Shown here one piece after another: positions 19,479 through 27,607 of a stretch of DNA of 64,000 bases. The notes below the pieces were generated by a model. It did no database searches. It was not told the DNA's origin and saw only the letters and a list, made by a program, of their open reading frames with translations. The first letter of the stretch is position 1. Each line of letters starts with the position of its first letter. The stretch is from NCBI GenBank assembly GCA_017442465.1, contig JAFRZQ010000175.1:4330-68329 (forward strand), read 5' to 3'. This DNA comes from Anaerotignum sp. (GTDB lineage: Bacteria > Bacillota > Clostridia > Lachnospirales > Anaerotignaceae). A program made the position numbers and the translations under genes.

Positions 19479-19751
19479 TTATTCCATCGGTAAATCTCCA
19501 AACCAGTATTTATGCATCCTAACAAGAAATTCTTCTGATAAAGGATACCCTGCACTATCAGGTAATACTGAATCTATCATGCAGTATGGACAAAGAGCAG
19601 TATCTCCATTTCTATCGATTACCCATTCGATAACTTCAGAAGCTTCAAAAATCTTTCCACAATAGAAGCAACCGCACTTTGTCGATTTATTCACAAGCAA
19701 TTCATTTTCAAAAGACGCCTTATGAGCTTTTAAGATGTCTTTGTTTTTCAT
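19479..19751 (-). CDS. Small Cys-rich cytoplasmic protein
   Basis: CGCFYC...TALCPYCMIDSV...MHKYWF. Confidence 0.75.
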   Translation of the reverse strand: MKNKDILKAHKASFENELLVNKSTKCGCFYCGKIFEASEVIEWVIDRNGDTALCPYCMIDSVLPDSAGYPLSEEFLVRMHKYWFGDLPME

Positions 19752-19796
19752 ATAGTTCACTCCTCGAGGCATATTTCCACCTCCGTTCTATTGTAA

Positions 19797-20276
19797 CTAT
19801 TTCAATTTCGGTCTAATGATTTCGGATAAGTAGTCCCTAAACGCTCTAATCTCATCTCGATCCATAACAAGTGTCAGGTGATTAGGAGTCAGGCCATCAT
19901 CCCAGAAATAGATTTTCCATTCCAGATAAATGTCTGCAATTTCCAAACCCGGTGCACATATTACGCCTTCTTTTCTAAGGTCTCTTTTGGGATGTAAAAC
20001 GAACTTAAAGTCCGGTTCAATACAGCCAAATACTTTTACTTCATTAAGCTGATCCCTAAGAAGTTTAGTTAATGCTTCTTCTAACATCTCAACTTCCCCA
20101 GAAAGAAGCACCTCATCTTTTTCCCCGTGATAATTCAGCCAATTTTTAGAAGTAAAGGAATAATCCACTTCGCACCAATGGCTGTACCATTCATTTCCTT
20201 CTTCATCGCTTGTCGGATGATATTTATTAATCTGCAGCTTTACCATTATCCCGCAGACATCAAGATTAAACCACAT
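19797..20276 (-). CDS. Hypothetical protein, WapI-like immunity candidate
   Basis: Acidic, Trp-rich; CIEPDFKF recalls the F-x-E-P-x-L-x-F motif of WapI family. Confidence 0.5.
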   Translation of the reverse strand: MWFNLDVCGIMVKLQINKYHPTSDEEGNEWYSHWCEVDYSFTSKNWLNYHGEKDEVLLSGEVEMLEEALTKLLRDQLNEVKVFGCIEPDFKFVLHPKRDLRKEGVICAPGLEIADIYLEWKIYFWDDGLTPNHLTLVMDRDEIRAFRDYLSEIIRPKLK

Positions 20277-20317
20277 ATTTATCCCCCCATTGCTGATTAT
20301 TTGCAAAAAGAACCTTA

Positions 20318-20668
20318 TTATTTCTGATCATATCTATGCCAAGTTCGTTCTTCTTTTAATGCCGCTTCCAGATAGTCATGCATCCACGCGTACTTGATAC
20401 AATAATGGTATCGCTCATCTGTAATTTCTTCCTCTTCTTCGTAGAAATAGAAAGTATACTCCAGCATTTCCCAAAGTTCGTCTACCAATTTCTCCAGTTC
20501 TTCTTTTGAAATATCAATTTTGAATACACAAGGTGTCGTCTTAACGAATCCCAGTTTTTGAAGGTTTTCATCAACACAAACAAGTTCGATTTTGTTATCA
20601 GGCCTTAGATCCGGAAACGCTTCGAGGAATCCTTCATATACATCTCTATCTTTTTCAATATAATACAT
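20318..20668 (-). CDS. Acidic hypothetical protein
   Basis: GAGGGGGG RBS; first gene behind operator copy 2. Confidence 0.65.
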   Translation of the reverse strand: MYYIEKDRDVYEGFLEAFPDLRPDNKIELVCVDENLQKLGFVKTTPCVFKIDISKEELEKLVDELWEMLEYTFYFYEEEEEITDERYHYCIKYAWMHDYLEAALKEERTWHRYDQK

Positions 20669-20713
20669 ATAAATCCCCCCTCAAAAAGCAGTAGTTTCCT
20701 ATGAACTAAGTCA

Positions 20714-20751
20714 ATTATACAGCAATGGTTGTACGGAAATCCGCACAACCA
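20714..20751 (-). promoter_or_regulatory. Promoter with palindromic operator, copy 2
   Basis: TGGTTGTAC-N8-GCACAACCA (20726-20751), 6 bp from a minus-strand TATAAT. Confidence 0.65.
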
Positions 20752-20783
20752 GAATTATTTGAGGATTATTTTGTTTTTTTCTT

Positions 20784-21989
20784 TCACTGTTTTTTTAATC
20801 TACGTAATTCTTCTCTTAATAGCCCATACTCAATCAGATTATATACCAGTTCTGATACATCCTCATCATCAATATACATAAGTTTATTATTGTAAACTTT
20901 TCCAATCTTAATACCCTCGGAACTCACTTTCAGCCCGTGACCGTTGCGTTTTACTATGTCCATAACATCTGCGCTCTTAAAGTTACCAATCAAACCGTTA
21001 TGAAAAAACTGCACCTCACTCTTTTCACCCGGTATAAATTGAACATACTTATCCATGTTATACTGCAGTGAATTATGGCTGGTCTTAAAACGGTCAATAG
21101 AAACAATCAGGGAAGTATAACTGCCCCTCTTTTCTCCTCGAAAGTCTGCATCTGTCCCGAATATAGACATTGATACGATTTGTGGTTCACCAAATCTGTC
21201 TTTCACTAAAAATGCACGGTAAATGCCATCATAATGGCCGCCACCTGCATTGCTATAGTCCATAAATCTTCTTCCGATATCTTCAACCAGCTCAAAACTA
21301 TTCCGCTTTATTAACGGAAGTTTATGCGTTGTATCAATAAATGCCTGATATAGATTTATTGCGAAGGATCTAAGCCTATCATCCGTATCCGCGCCAAAAA
21401 TCCATGTGTCAGCATTGTTATATTCTAAAATAAGTTCTTGATTATTTAACTCTTCAAGCGTAAATCGAAGGAGTTCTTCTTCTTTCATTTCTGGCAGAAT
21501 ATATTCTTTATTGACCATTTGATCAAAAGAAAGGATTTCATCCAGAAAAACATAACTATTTAACTCTTCATCATAAGCGGCAAATCTAAGTTCCAATCCA
21601 TTTGTAATCGCAATATAGTTTCCACCCAAAACATCGCAATATCTGATTGCCTGATCAACCACTTTATCGGTGAGTAGTATTTCTTCGTTTTTACACTCTA
21701 TAATTGTAACAGGATATTTGGTTTTACCATCTTCAGATGGTTCATGGATCACAATATCTGCTCTCCCCGCTACACCTGTAGCATAATGTGTAAGCGGTAC
21801 TTCAAGAGAAATCATATCTTTAGGGACACCATACTTCTGTTCAAACAACGCTGCTATCTTTTGACGAACAGTTTCCTCAGGTGTGATCTCAATCAGTTTT
21901 TTTCGATATGTATCATAATAACAATCTTTACCCTCACGCTGATAAACAGCCGGAAGCTCAATATCTTTTAATAGCTTTGCGATATTCAA
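20784..21989 (-). CDS. HsdR N-terminal (HSDR_N_2) PD-(D/E)XK nuclease-domain protein
   Basis: TPEETVRQ, GRADIV, IIECK, QAIRYC, ITNG; no helicase motifs. Confidence 0.85.
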   Translation of the reverse strand: MNIAKLLKDIELPAVYQREGKDCYYDTYRKKLIEITPEETVRQKIAALFEQKYGVPKDMISLEVPLTHYATGVAGRADIVIHEPSEDGKTKYPVTIIECKNEEILLTDKVVDQAIRYCDVLGGNYIAITNGLELRFAAYDEELNSYVFLDEILSFDQMVNKEYILPEMKEEELLRFTLEELNNQELILEYNNADTWIFGADTDDRLRSFAINLYQAFIDTTHKLPLIKRNSFELVEDIGRRFMDYSNAGGGHYDGIYRAFLVKDRFGEPQIVSMSIFGTDADFRGEKRGSYTSLIVSIDRFKTSHNSLQYNMDKYVQFIPGEKSEVQFFHNGLIGNFKSADVMDIVKRNGHGLKVSSEGIKIGKVYNNKLMYIDDEDVSELVYNLIEYGLLREELRRLKKQ

Positions 21990-22023
21990 AGCAATCTCCC
22001 CTTCTTCTCGCTTGCTCTATAAA

Positions 22024-22314
22024 TCAAAAAAAATGTTTCAAAAACTCAATCACGTCTTCTTCTGTCACATTTTCAGGATATATAACAGAAATTCCAAAAC
22101 AGCTATCCCATTGATAAATCAAGCCCAGACCATCTCCATGAATGCTATACTGCATATCCCCAACGGACTCTATCTTACCATTTGTTTCTTCTCTGATTTT
22201 TTTGAGCAAATAAATAAAAGAATCCGGTTCTTCAAAATCAAATTCATCGTTACTCGTTATAGTAATCCAATTTTCGAGCCTGTTAATATGCAAAACTTCA
22301 TATCTATATTCCAT
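22024..22314 (-). CDS. Small acidic protein, candidate immunity protein
   Basis: AGGAG RBS; directly downstream of the toxin-like ORF. Confidence 0.55.
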   Translation of the reverse strand: MEYRYEVLHINRLENWITITSNDEFDFEEPDSFIYLLKKIREETNGKIESVGDMQYSIHGDGLGLIYQWDSCFGISVIYPENVTEEDVIEFLKHFF

Positions 22315-22329
22315 GATTTTCTCCTATAT

Positions 22330-22737
22330 CTATGTATTATAGAATTCTTTGTACCATCTAACAAATCCATCTACCGTAAGTCTATTGTTCAGATCCTCAA
22401 TCGGTCTGGTTGAAGATTCAATGATTTGCTCTGCAGTCTTTTTCTTCCTAAGCGCCTCAAAGTCAGGTCCCAAAGGGTCGCCATATCTCTGTTCTGTAGC
22501 ATAGAGAATGTATTCTCTGAACAATGGCGGTGCAGCATCCTTGTATATTTTCCCAAGCTCTCGTCTTTTACCGTGAAGGATCCTTGCAATTTCTTCTACC
22601 CTTAATCCGCTTTGAAATAACTCATCTTTCAATCTCGAAAGTTCATGTACCTTTTCTTCATATTCCAACCGTAAAGGATTCGTTTTTAAGCCATTTTCTT
22701 GAAGTTCTTTGATCTCCTTTGTAAGTTCACTGTCCAT
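22330..22737 (-). CDS. Stand-alone polymorphic-toxin C-terminal-like domain
   Basis: EEIARILHGKRRELGKIYKD...YGDPLGPDF...KTAEQIIESSTRP resembles Rhs/CdiA C-terminal tips. Confidence 0.5.
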   Translation of the reverse strand: MDSELTKEIKELQENGLKTNPLRLEYEEKVHELSRLKDELFQSGLRVEEIARILHGKRRELGKIYKDAAPPLFREYILYATEQRYGDPLGPDFEALRKKKTAEQIIESSTRPIEDLNNRLTVDGFVRWYKEFYNT

Positions 22738-23480
22738 TAGAATCCCCCATCATGTTCAAACTCATCATCCTCAAAAAAACCATTTTCAAATAACAAATTC
22801 TCTATTGTAGCTATCACTGTTCCCCTATTATTAACAATATGATAACTTTCCTTATTCTCCTGAGGTTCTAAATGATATTGCTCCATTTTCTTTTTATTAA
22901 AAGGCTTTTTAATAATAGGCTTACAATACTTGGATTCTCCGTTATATGCGACCAAAAGGATAAAGAATTTACAAAGATAATCCCAATTATCATCATAACT
23001 GTCTGCCCAAATTTGAAAAAATACATGTGAGAGCAGATCATTTCTCTCAGGATCATCCACCAAAACAGGCGACGCGCCATGTTCTAACATGATTTGCGTC
23101 ATCGCCAATCGTACTTTACTCTCCGATTCTGATAAACCAGGGCACATTAAATCCCACATGACTGTATAAGCTTCTTTTTCCGGATCAACGAAATTTGGAT
23201 CTGCCCCATTTTCTAATAACAGCTTCATCATATTTACATTTTGATATGACACAGCACGATACAGAAGTGTTGTTCTATATGGAATTCCGTCATGTGGAGG
23301 AACATAGTCATATACTTCATTGGGATCAATGCATTTTAATAATTCCACCGCCCTGTCATGATCAAATTTTACAGCCCAACACATAGCATCTAATGCACTG
23401 ATAATTGCATTCATACGAGTCAACCCCTTATCTTTTGTTTTAACCAAAAGTCTCTTCCCAGTACTATCTTCAATATACAA
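22737..23480 (-). CDS. Ankyrin-repeat protein
   Basis: TLLYRAV...MKLLLENGADPN; MLEHGASP. Confidence 0.75.
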   Translation of the reverse strand: MYIEDSTGKRLLVKTKDKGLTRMNAIISALDAMCWAVKFDHDRAVELLKCIDPNEVYDYVPPHDGIPYRTTLLYRAVSYQNVNMMKLLLENGADPNFVDPEKEAYTVMWDLMCPGLSESESKVRLAMTQIMLEHGASPVLVDDPERNDLLSHVFFQIWADSYDDNWDYLCKFFILLVAYNGESKYCKPIIKKPFNKKKMEQYHLEPQENKESYHIVNNRGTVIATIENLLFENGFFEDDEFEHDGGF

Positions 23481-23543
23481 TAATAAACAAAATTAAAAAA
23501 GCCCCAACCGATTATTTCCGGTCAGGGCCTATAAAGATGAGTA

Positions 23544-23918
23544 TCATTTATGCGGGAATTTTTCATCCCATAATCTTACTAATTCAGTTTCTTCCGCTGT
23601 CAGGCGTTTACGCCAGTCCTGATCCCCCGGAAAGTTGGATTCGTCCGTCCAGTTTTCATAAAGAACCCTGCGACGCTCATCAGGAACAATGGTATCAGAA
23701 CCAGTATAAAGCGCAATATCGCCCAGATTCATTTCTTTTAACGTATCTTCAGTGGTGCAAGCGATTTTCATTGTAATCCCGTTACCGCAATAACAGCAGT
23801 ATGGGCTTTCCTTACCTTCATCTTCTAATTGCTGCACACCCACAATAAATGTCTTCCCACAGGCAAAACACTTATACTTAGCGAGGTTATCGAGGTTTCG
23901 GCTTTTTTCGTTGCACAT
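23544..23918 (-). CDS. Hypothetical zinc-ribbon protein
   Basis: CFAC...CCYC; AGGAG RBS. Confidence 0.65.
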   Translation of the reverse strand: MCNEKSRNLDNLAKYKCFACGKTFIVGVQQLEDEGKESPYCCYCGNGITMKIACTTEDTLKEMNLGDIALYTGSDTIVPDERRRVLYENWTDESNFPGDQDWRKRLTAEETELVRLWDEKFPHK

Positions 23919-23932
23919 GAAGATCAGCTCCT

Positions 23933-24259
23933 TTAACTTCTAAGCTGCAGAAATGCTTTCAACCGCTGATATCTTTCAATTTCATGGTCTATCTGCTCGA
24001 TTTCGTCAAGCTCCGTCACAGTCGCATACCGTTTTTTATGCCTGCGGATCTGTAAATTGCATTCTGCATCTAATGATTGTTTGATTTCTTCCGGTAAATC
24101 CAAAAATATCATAATCAGTTCATTTACTATTTTACTATTAGACGCGTCTGTTTGCATCCGTTTTTTGAAATTTTGGAGTTCATCATATGCTTCCATTGTA
24201 AAATCAATCGATGTCTTCTTTTTCTGGACCTTCTTGAAATACACATTCGATTTATACAT
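23933..24259 (-). CDS. Hypothetical protein, possible RHH DNA-binding
   Basis: KKTSIDFTMEAYDEL...SNSKIVNELI strand-helix-helix pattern. Confidence 0.55.
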   Translation of the reverse strand: MYKSNVYFKKVQKKKTSIDFTMEAYDELQNFKKRMQTDASNSKIVNELIMIFLDLPEEIKQSLDAECNLQIRRHKKRYATVTELDEIEQIDHEIERYQRLKAFLQLRS

Positions 24260-24270
24260 CCTGCATCACC

Positions 24271-26193
24271 TTAGTCCCTTACCCTGACAGTCGTTTTATA
24301 GGTTTCGCCGTTGTAATCGATGGTAATATCATATCTGCCATCTTTCACAGAGTCGGGGTTATATACATAGAATGTCGCTTTATTGTTGTACACTACAACG
24401 CTGTAAGGCACTTCCAGATCATCCTCCGCTTCGGGATACATGATCGTACCGTCAGGCACACCGCTGGTCTTTACAGTCACCTTCGCATAGTCATTTTCAT
24501 CCTCATACAGATAGCCGTCTACTTCCATGGATCTGATGTAACCTACTTCGCCTTCCTCTTCATCATAGTCATCGTCATAGTCTGCATCATCACCTACATA
24601 GAAGCGTACTCTATGTGTATGTCCATTATAATCCAGCATCAGATAATATACGCCTTCAGGTGTGTAATAAGAACTGTAAATCGTGATCTCTGCTTCATTT
24701 TCATATACCAGAACCTTATCTGTTACACTGATACCAGCATCCGCAGGATAGATCGTATTGCCATTTACTCTGCCGTACAGTGTAGATGTAATGTACTGGC
24801 CATTGGGCAGGTCGTTTGTTTCAACAATCACCTTGATCCGGTCGTTCTTGCCATATTCCAGGTTGCCGCTGACAGTAGCATCTACAATATATGGATCATT
24901 GGACTTTGTTTCAGATACCACTACCTTCGCAGTACGATAATGCCCTTCATAACCAACCTTGAATGTATAAATACCGGTAGGTGTATTAGATCTGGATTCT
25001 ACAGTAAACACAGCCTTGCCGTTCTTTACCTTAACTTCTTCATCTTCCAAGCTCAAACGAGGACCATCGATCTCTGCTGTCAGGTATTCGCCATTGGGAA
25101 TATCATCCGTTTCAACTGTAACATCTACTGTGTCATGCTTGCCGTATTCCAAAGTGCCCTCTACCGTAATATCCTCGATATATACATCTTCAGACCGCTT
25201 ATCCTCTTTTTCCAGATATACATTCGTAGAGAAATGCATCCCTTCATATTCCGTCGTCAGTACATAGGTCATGTTTGCTGTAAACGGCGTAGAATGGATA
25301 TAGAAAGTTGCTACATCGTTATAAACAGTAACACTTTCGGGCAGTGTTAAGCCGCTGCTATTGCTTGTGATAGACAAAGGCAGCACGGTACCATTTGGGA
25401 TATTCTCCGTTTTGATCTTCACTTTTGTAGAGGAAGAACGGCCATACACCAGTTTATCAGCAACATCAAATTCCAGACCAACTTCGGAAAGCGCAGTATC
25501 CTCGTCCAGGATATGTTCATTCTCCAGCGCATCCTCCAGATTTGTTCTCATCTGATAAGAGGACAGATGGCAGATGAAATTGAAGATTCGGCTAAATTCA
25601 GCTCTGGTAATAGGCTGATTCGGGCGCAGGGTACCATCAGGATACCCGGACATGATCCCAGCTTTGATGAGGTTCTGGATATGTGGCTCAGCACCATAGG
25701 AGATTTCCCTGTAATCACTGAACCGTCTAAGGTTCACACCACTGTAATTCTTCTGGAACCCGTACAGTCTGGAGGCAATGATCGCCGCATCCGCGCGGGT
25801 CAGGTAATCATTGGGCGCAAAATAATAACCCGTGGTATCGTGATTCGTTCCTAACATTACTCCAGAGGTATACGCCTGCATGATCTCGTCATAATACCAT
25901 GTATGAGACTGTACATCATAAAAATCCTTGCTTTTGATGATCGCAGGCAATCCCAGATGGCTCAATGCTGTCGCAGTTTCTGCCCTTGTGATCAATGCAT
26001 CCGGTCTGAAGGTATTATCCTCATAGCCATTGATAAACCCATGGCTGACCATGCTCGTTACATACCCATAGCACCAGGATCCAGTAGACAGATCCGTAAA
26101 TGGGCTATGATAATCAGACGCCATTGCAGGAATGGAGCCGGAAATCGCCATCGTACCGGCTAAAATAAACGGCAGTATTCTTCTTTTTTTCAT
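24271..26193 (-). CDS. SLH-domain surface protein with four Ig-like repeats
   Basis: Signal peptide; three SLH repeats (FRPDALITRAE, FAPNDYLTRAD, LRPNQPITRAE); repeated YIxxxxVxGxLxYG units. Confidence 0.9.
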   Translation of the reverse strand: MKKRRILPFILAGTMAISGSIPAMASDYHSPFTDLSTGSWCYGYVTSMVSHGFINGYEDNTFRPDALITRAETATALSHLGLPAIIKSKDFYDVQSHTWYYDEIMQAYTSGVMLGTNHDTTGYYFAPNDYLTRADAAIIASRLYGFQKNYSGVNLRRFSDYREISYGAEPHIQNLIKAGIMSGYPDGTLRPNQPITRAEFSRIFNFICHLSSYQMRTNLEDALENEHILDEDTALSEVGLEFDVADKLVYGRSSSTKVKIKTENIPNGTVLPLSITSNSSGLTLPESVTVYNDVATFYIHSTPFTANMTYVLTTEYEGMHFSTNVYLEKEDKRSEDVYIEDITVEGTLEYGKHDTVDVTVETDDIPNGEYLTAEIDGPRLSLEDEEVKVKNGKAVFTVESRSNTPTGIYTFKVGYEGHYRTAKVVVSETKSNDPYIVDATVSGNLEYGKNDRIKVIVETNDLPNGQYITSTLYGRVNGNTIYPADAGISVTDKVLVYENEAEITIYSSYYTPEGVYYLMLDYNGHTHRVRFYVGDDADYDDDYDEEEGEVGYIRSMEVDGYLYEDENDYAKVTVKTSGVPDGTIMYPEAEDDLEVPYSVVVYNNKATFYVYNPDSVKDGRYDITIDYNGETYKTTVRVRD

Positions 26194-26369
26194 AACAAAA
26201 CTCCTTTCTTCTAATCATTTGAACTACTTTCAATAAATGATCCAAATACATCTATGCGTTATGTACATAACATATAGTAAAATGCTCATATTTCGCACAC
26301 TGCGGCGTAAATTTTTTTTGATTTTTCTATTCTGTATGTCTCAAATATCAACCAATTTTTGAGATATAT

Positions 26370-26398
26370 GAACTTTGGTAAACCGTTTACCAAGGTTC
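26370..26398. repeat. 27-bp palindrome family, copy 1
   Basis: GAACTTTGGTAAAC-c-GTTTACCAAGGTTC. Confidence 0.8.
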
Positions 26399-26402
26399 AG
26401 AT

Positions 26403-27527
26403 CTATAACCCGCCCAATGTGTTCACCAGTTCATCCATATAAGCATATGTCTTAGGCATTGCCCGCATCAGATCGGCTGTTGTTCCTTCATCATGGGCCC
26501 GCAGATACAGGACAAAAAACTCGGCAAAAAACTCTTTCTGATCGACCGAACCATATTCCCTGTAATAGGACGCTATCGCGTCTTTTTCGGCTAAATACAG
26601 CCTTTCGATCACCGCTTCATCGGGATCATGCCTTTTGTTAATATCAATCACAAAGCCATAATATAAGTGATGCCCGAATTCATGATAGACCGTTGATGTA
26701 TTCTTACTCTTGGAGTTCATGGAGATCCCATTACTCGTATGGTACCGCCCTGCGATCCCTTCATTTTCCTCCGTGACTTCATACGGGAACACTGATATTT
26801 TCATGCCCTCGGCGTTATAATCCGCAACCAGCCAAGCCGGCAGATCCGCCACATCGTTTAAAATAGCGGTCTGTCTTATCTCTTTGTCAGTTACCGCTTC
26901 GTCAAATGATATCTTCACCAGTTTCTTCGCCGCAGCCGGCATTTCCGATACAGCTCCGCTTTCTTTGAATTGGATGATCCCATATAAAAGCTTCGCCGCC
27001 TCACCCCTTGATACAGCACCGGTCAGTGAGTCGTATGTTTCATCAGCAAGATCGATCAGCCCAAGCCTTGCACACAGCAGTACAATATCCGCCTCATCCT
27101 GTGTAAGTGCTGAGAATTTATCCATCAGCGGCTCATCGTAGAACTTCGCAGAATACGGTTCAATATCCATAGCCAGACACGCCTGCCGCATCACATCCAT
27201 CTTTGATATATACCAGCCATTATTCAGATGCTTGATGTCCAATATATCTACTACATCTCCGTAAACGATGTACTTATACAGGTTATAGCCATACCCGCAG
27301 TAATTGTTCAGCATAACCAAATAATCCTTATATGTGATCGCTGCATCAGGCCGGAAATATCCATTACCCGTACCCTTGATCATGCCTTTTTCATAGAAAA
27401 AATGTACCTCCTGATGATACTTACTTCCGGCAGGCACATCTTTGAAATGGGCTGTTTGCGCAAACCCGGGTACTGCAGAAGTAATAGACAATGCGAGAGC
27501 CACTAAAATCAGTTTAAATCGCTTCAT
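26403..27527 (-). CDS. SLH-anchored zinc metalloprotease (anthrax lethal factor/PPEP-like)
   Basis: Signal peptide; SLH (FRPDAAITY); HEFGH; Y...EFFAEFF. Confidence 0.8.
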   Translation of the reverse strand: MKRFKLILVALALSITSAVPGFAQTAHFKDVPAGSKYHQEVHFFYEKGMIKGTGNGYFRPDAAITYKDYLVMLNNYCGYGYNLYKYIVYGDVVDILDIKHLNNGWYISKMDVMRQACLAMDIEPYSAKFYDEPLMDKFSALTQDEADIVLLCARLGLIDLADETYDSLTGAVSRGEAAKLLYGIIQFKESGAVSEMPAAAKKLVKISFDEAVTDKEIRQTAILNDVADLPAWLVADYNAEGMKISVFPYEVTEENEGIAGRYHTSNGISMNSKSKNTSTVYHEFGHHLYYGFVIDINKRHDPDEAVIERLYLAEKDAIASYYREYGSVDQKEFFAEFFVLYLRAHDEGTTADLMRAMPKTYAYMDELVNTLGGL

Positions 27528-27607
27528 TTCTTACCTCTTTTCTCCTTTCAGGAAAGAAAAAAAACGGCAGATGCTTGATCCGCCGCCGTTTTCTTTCCAA
27601 CTATCGT

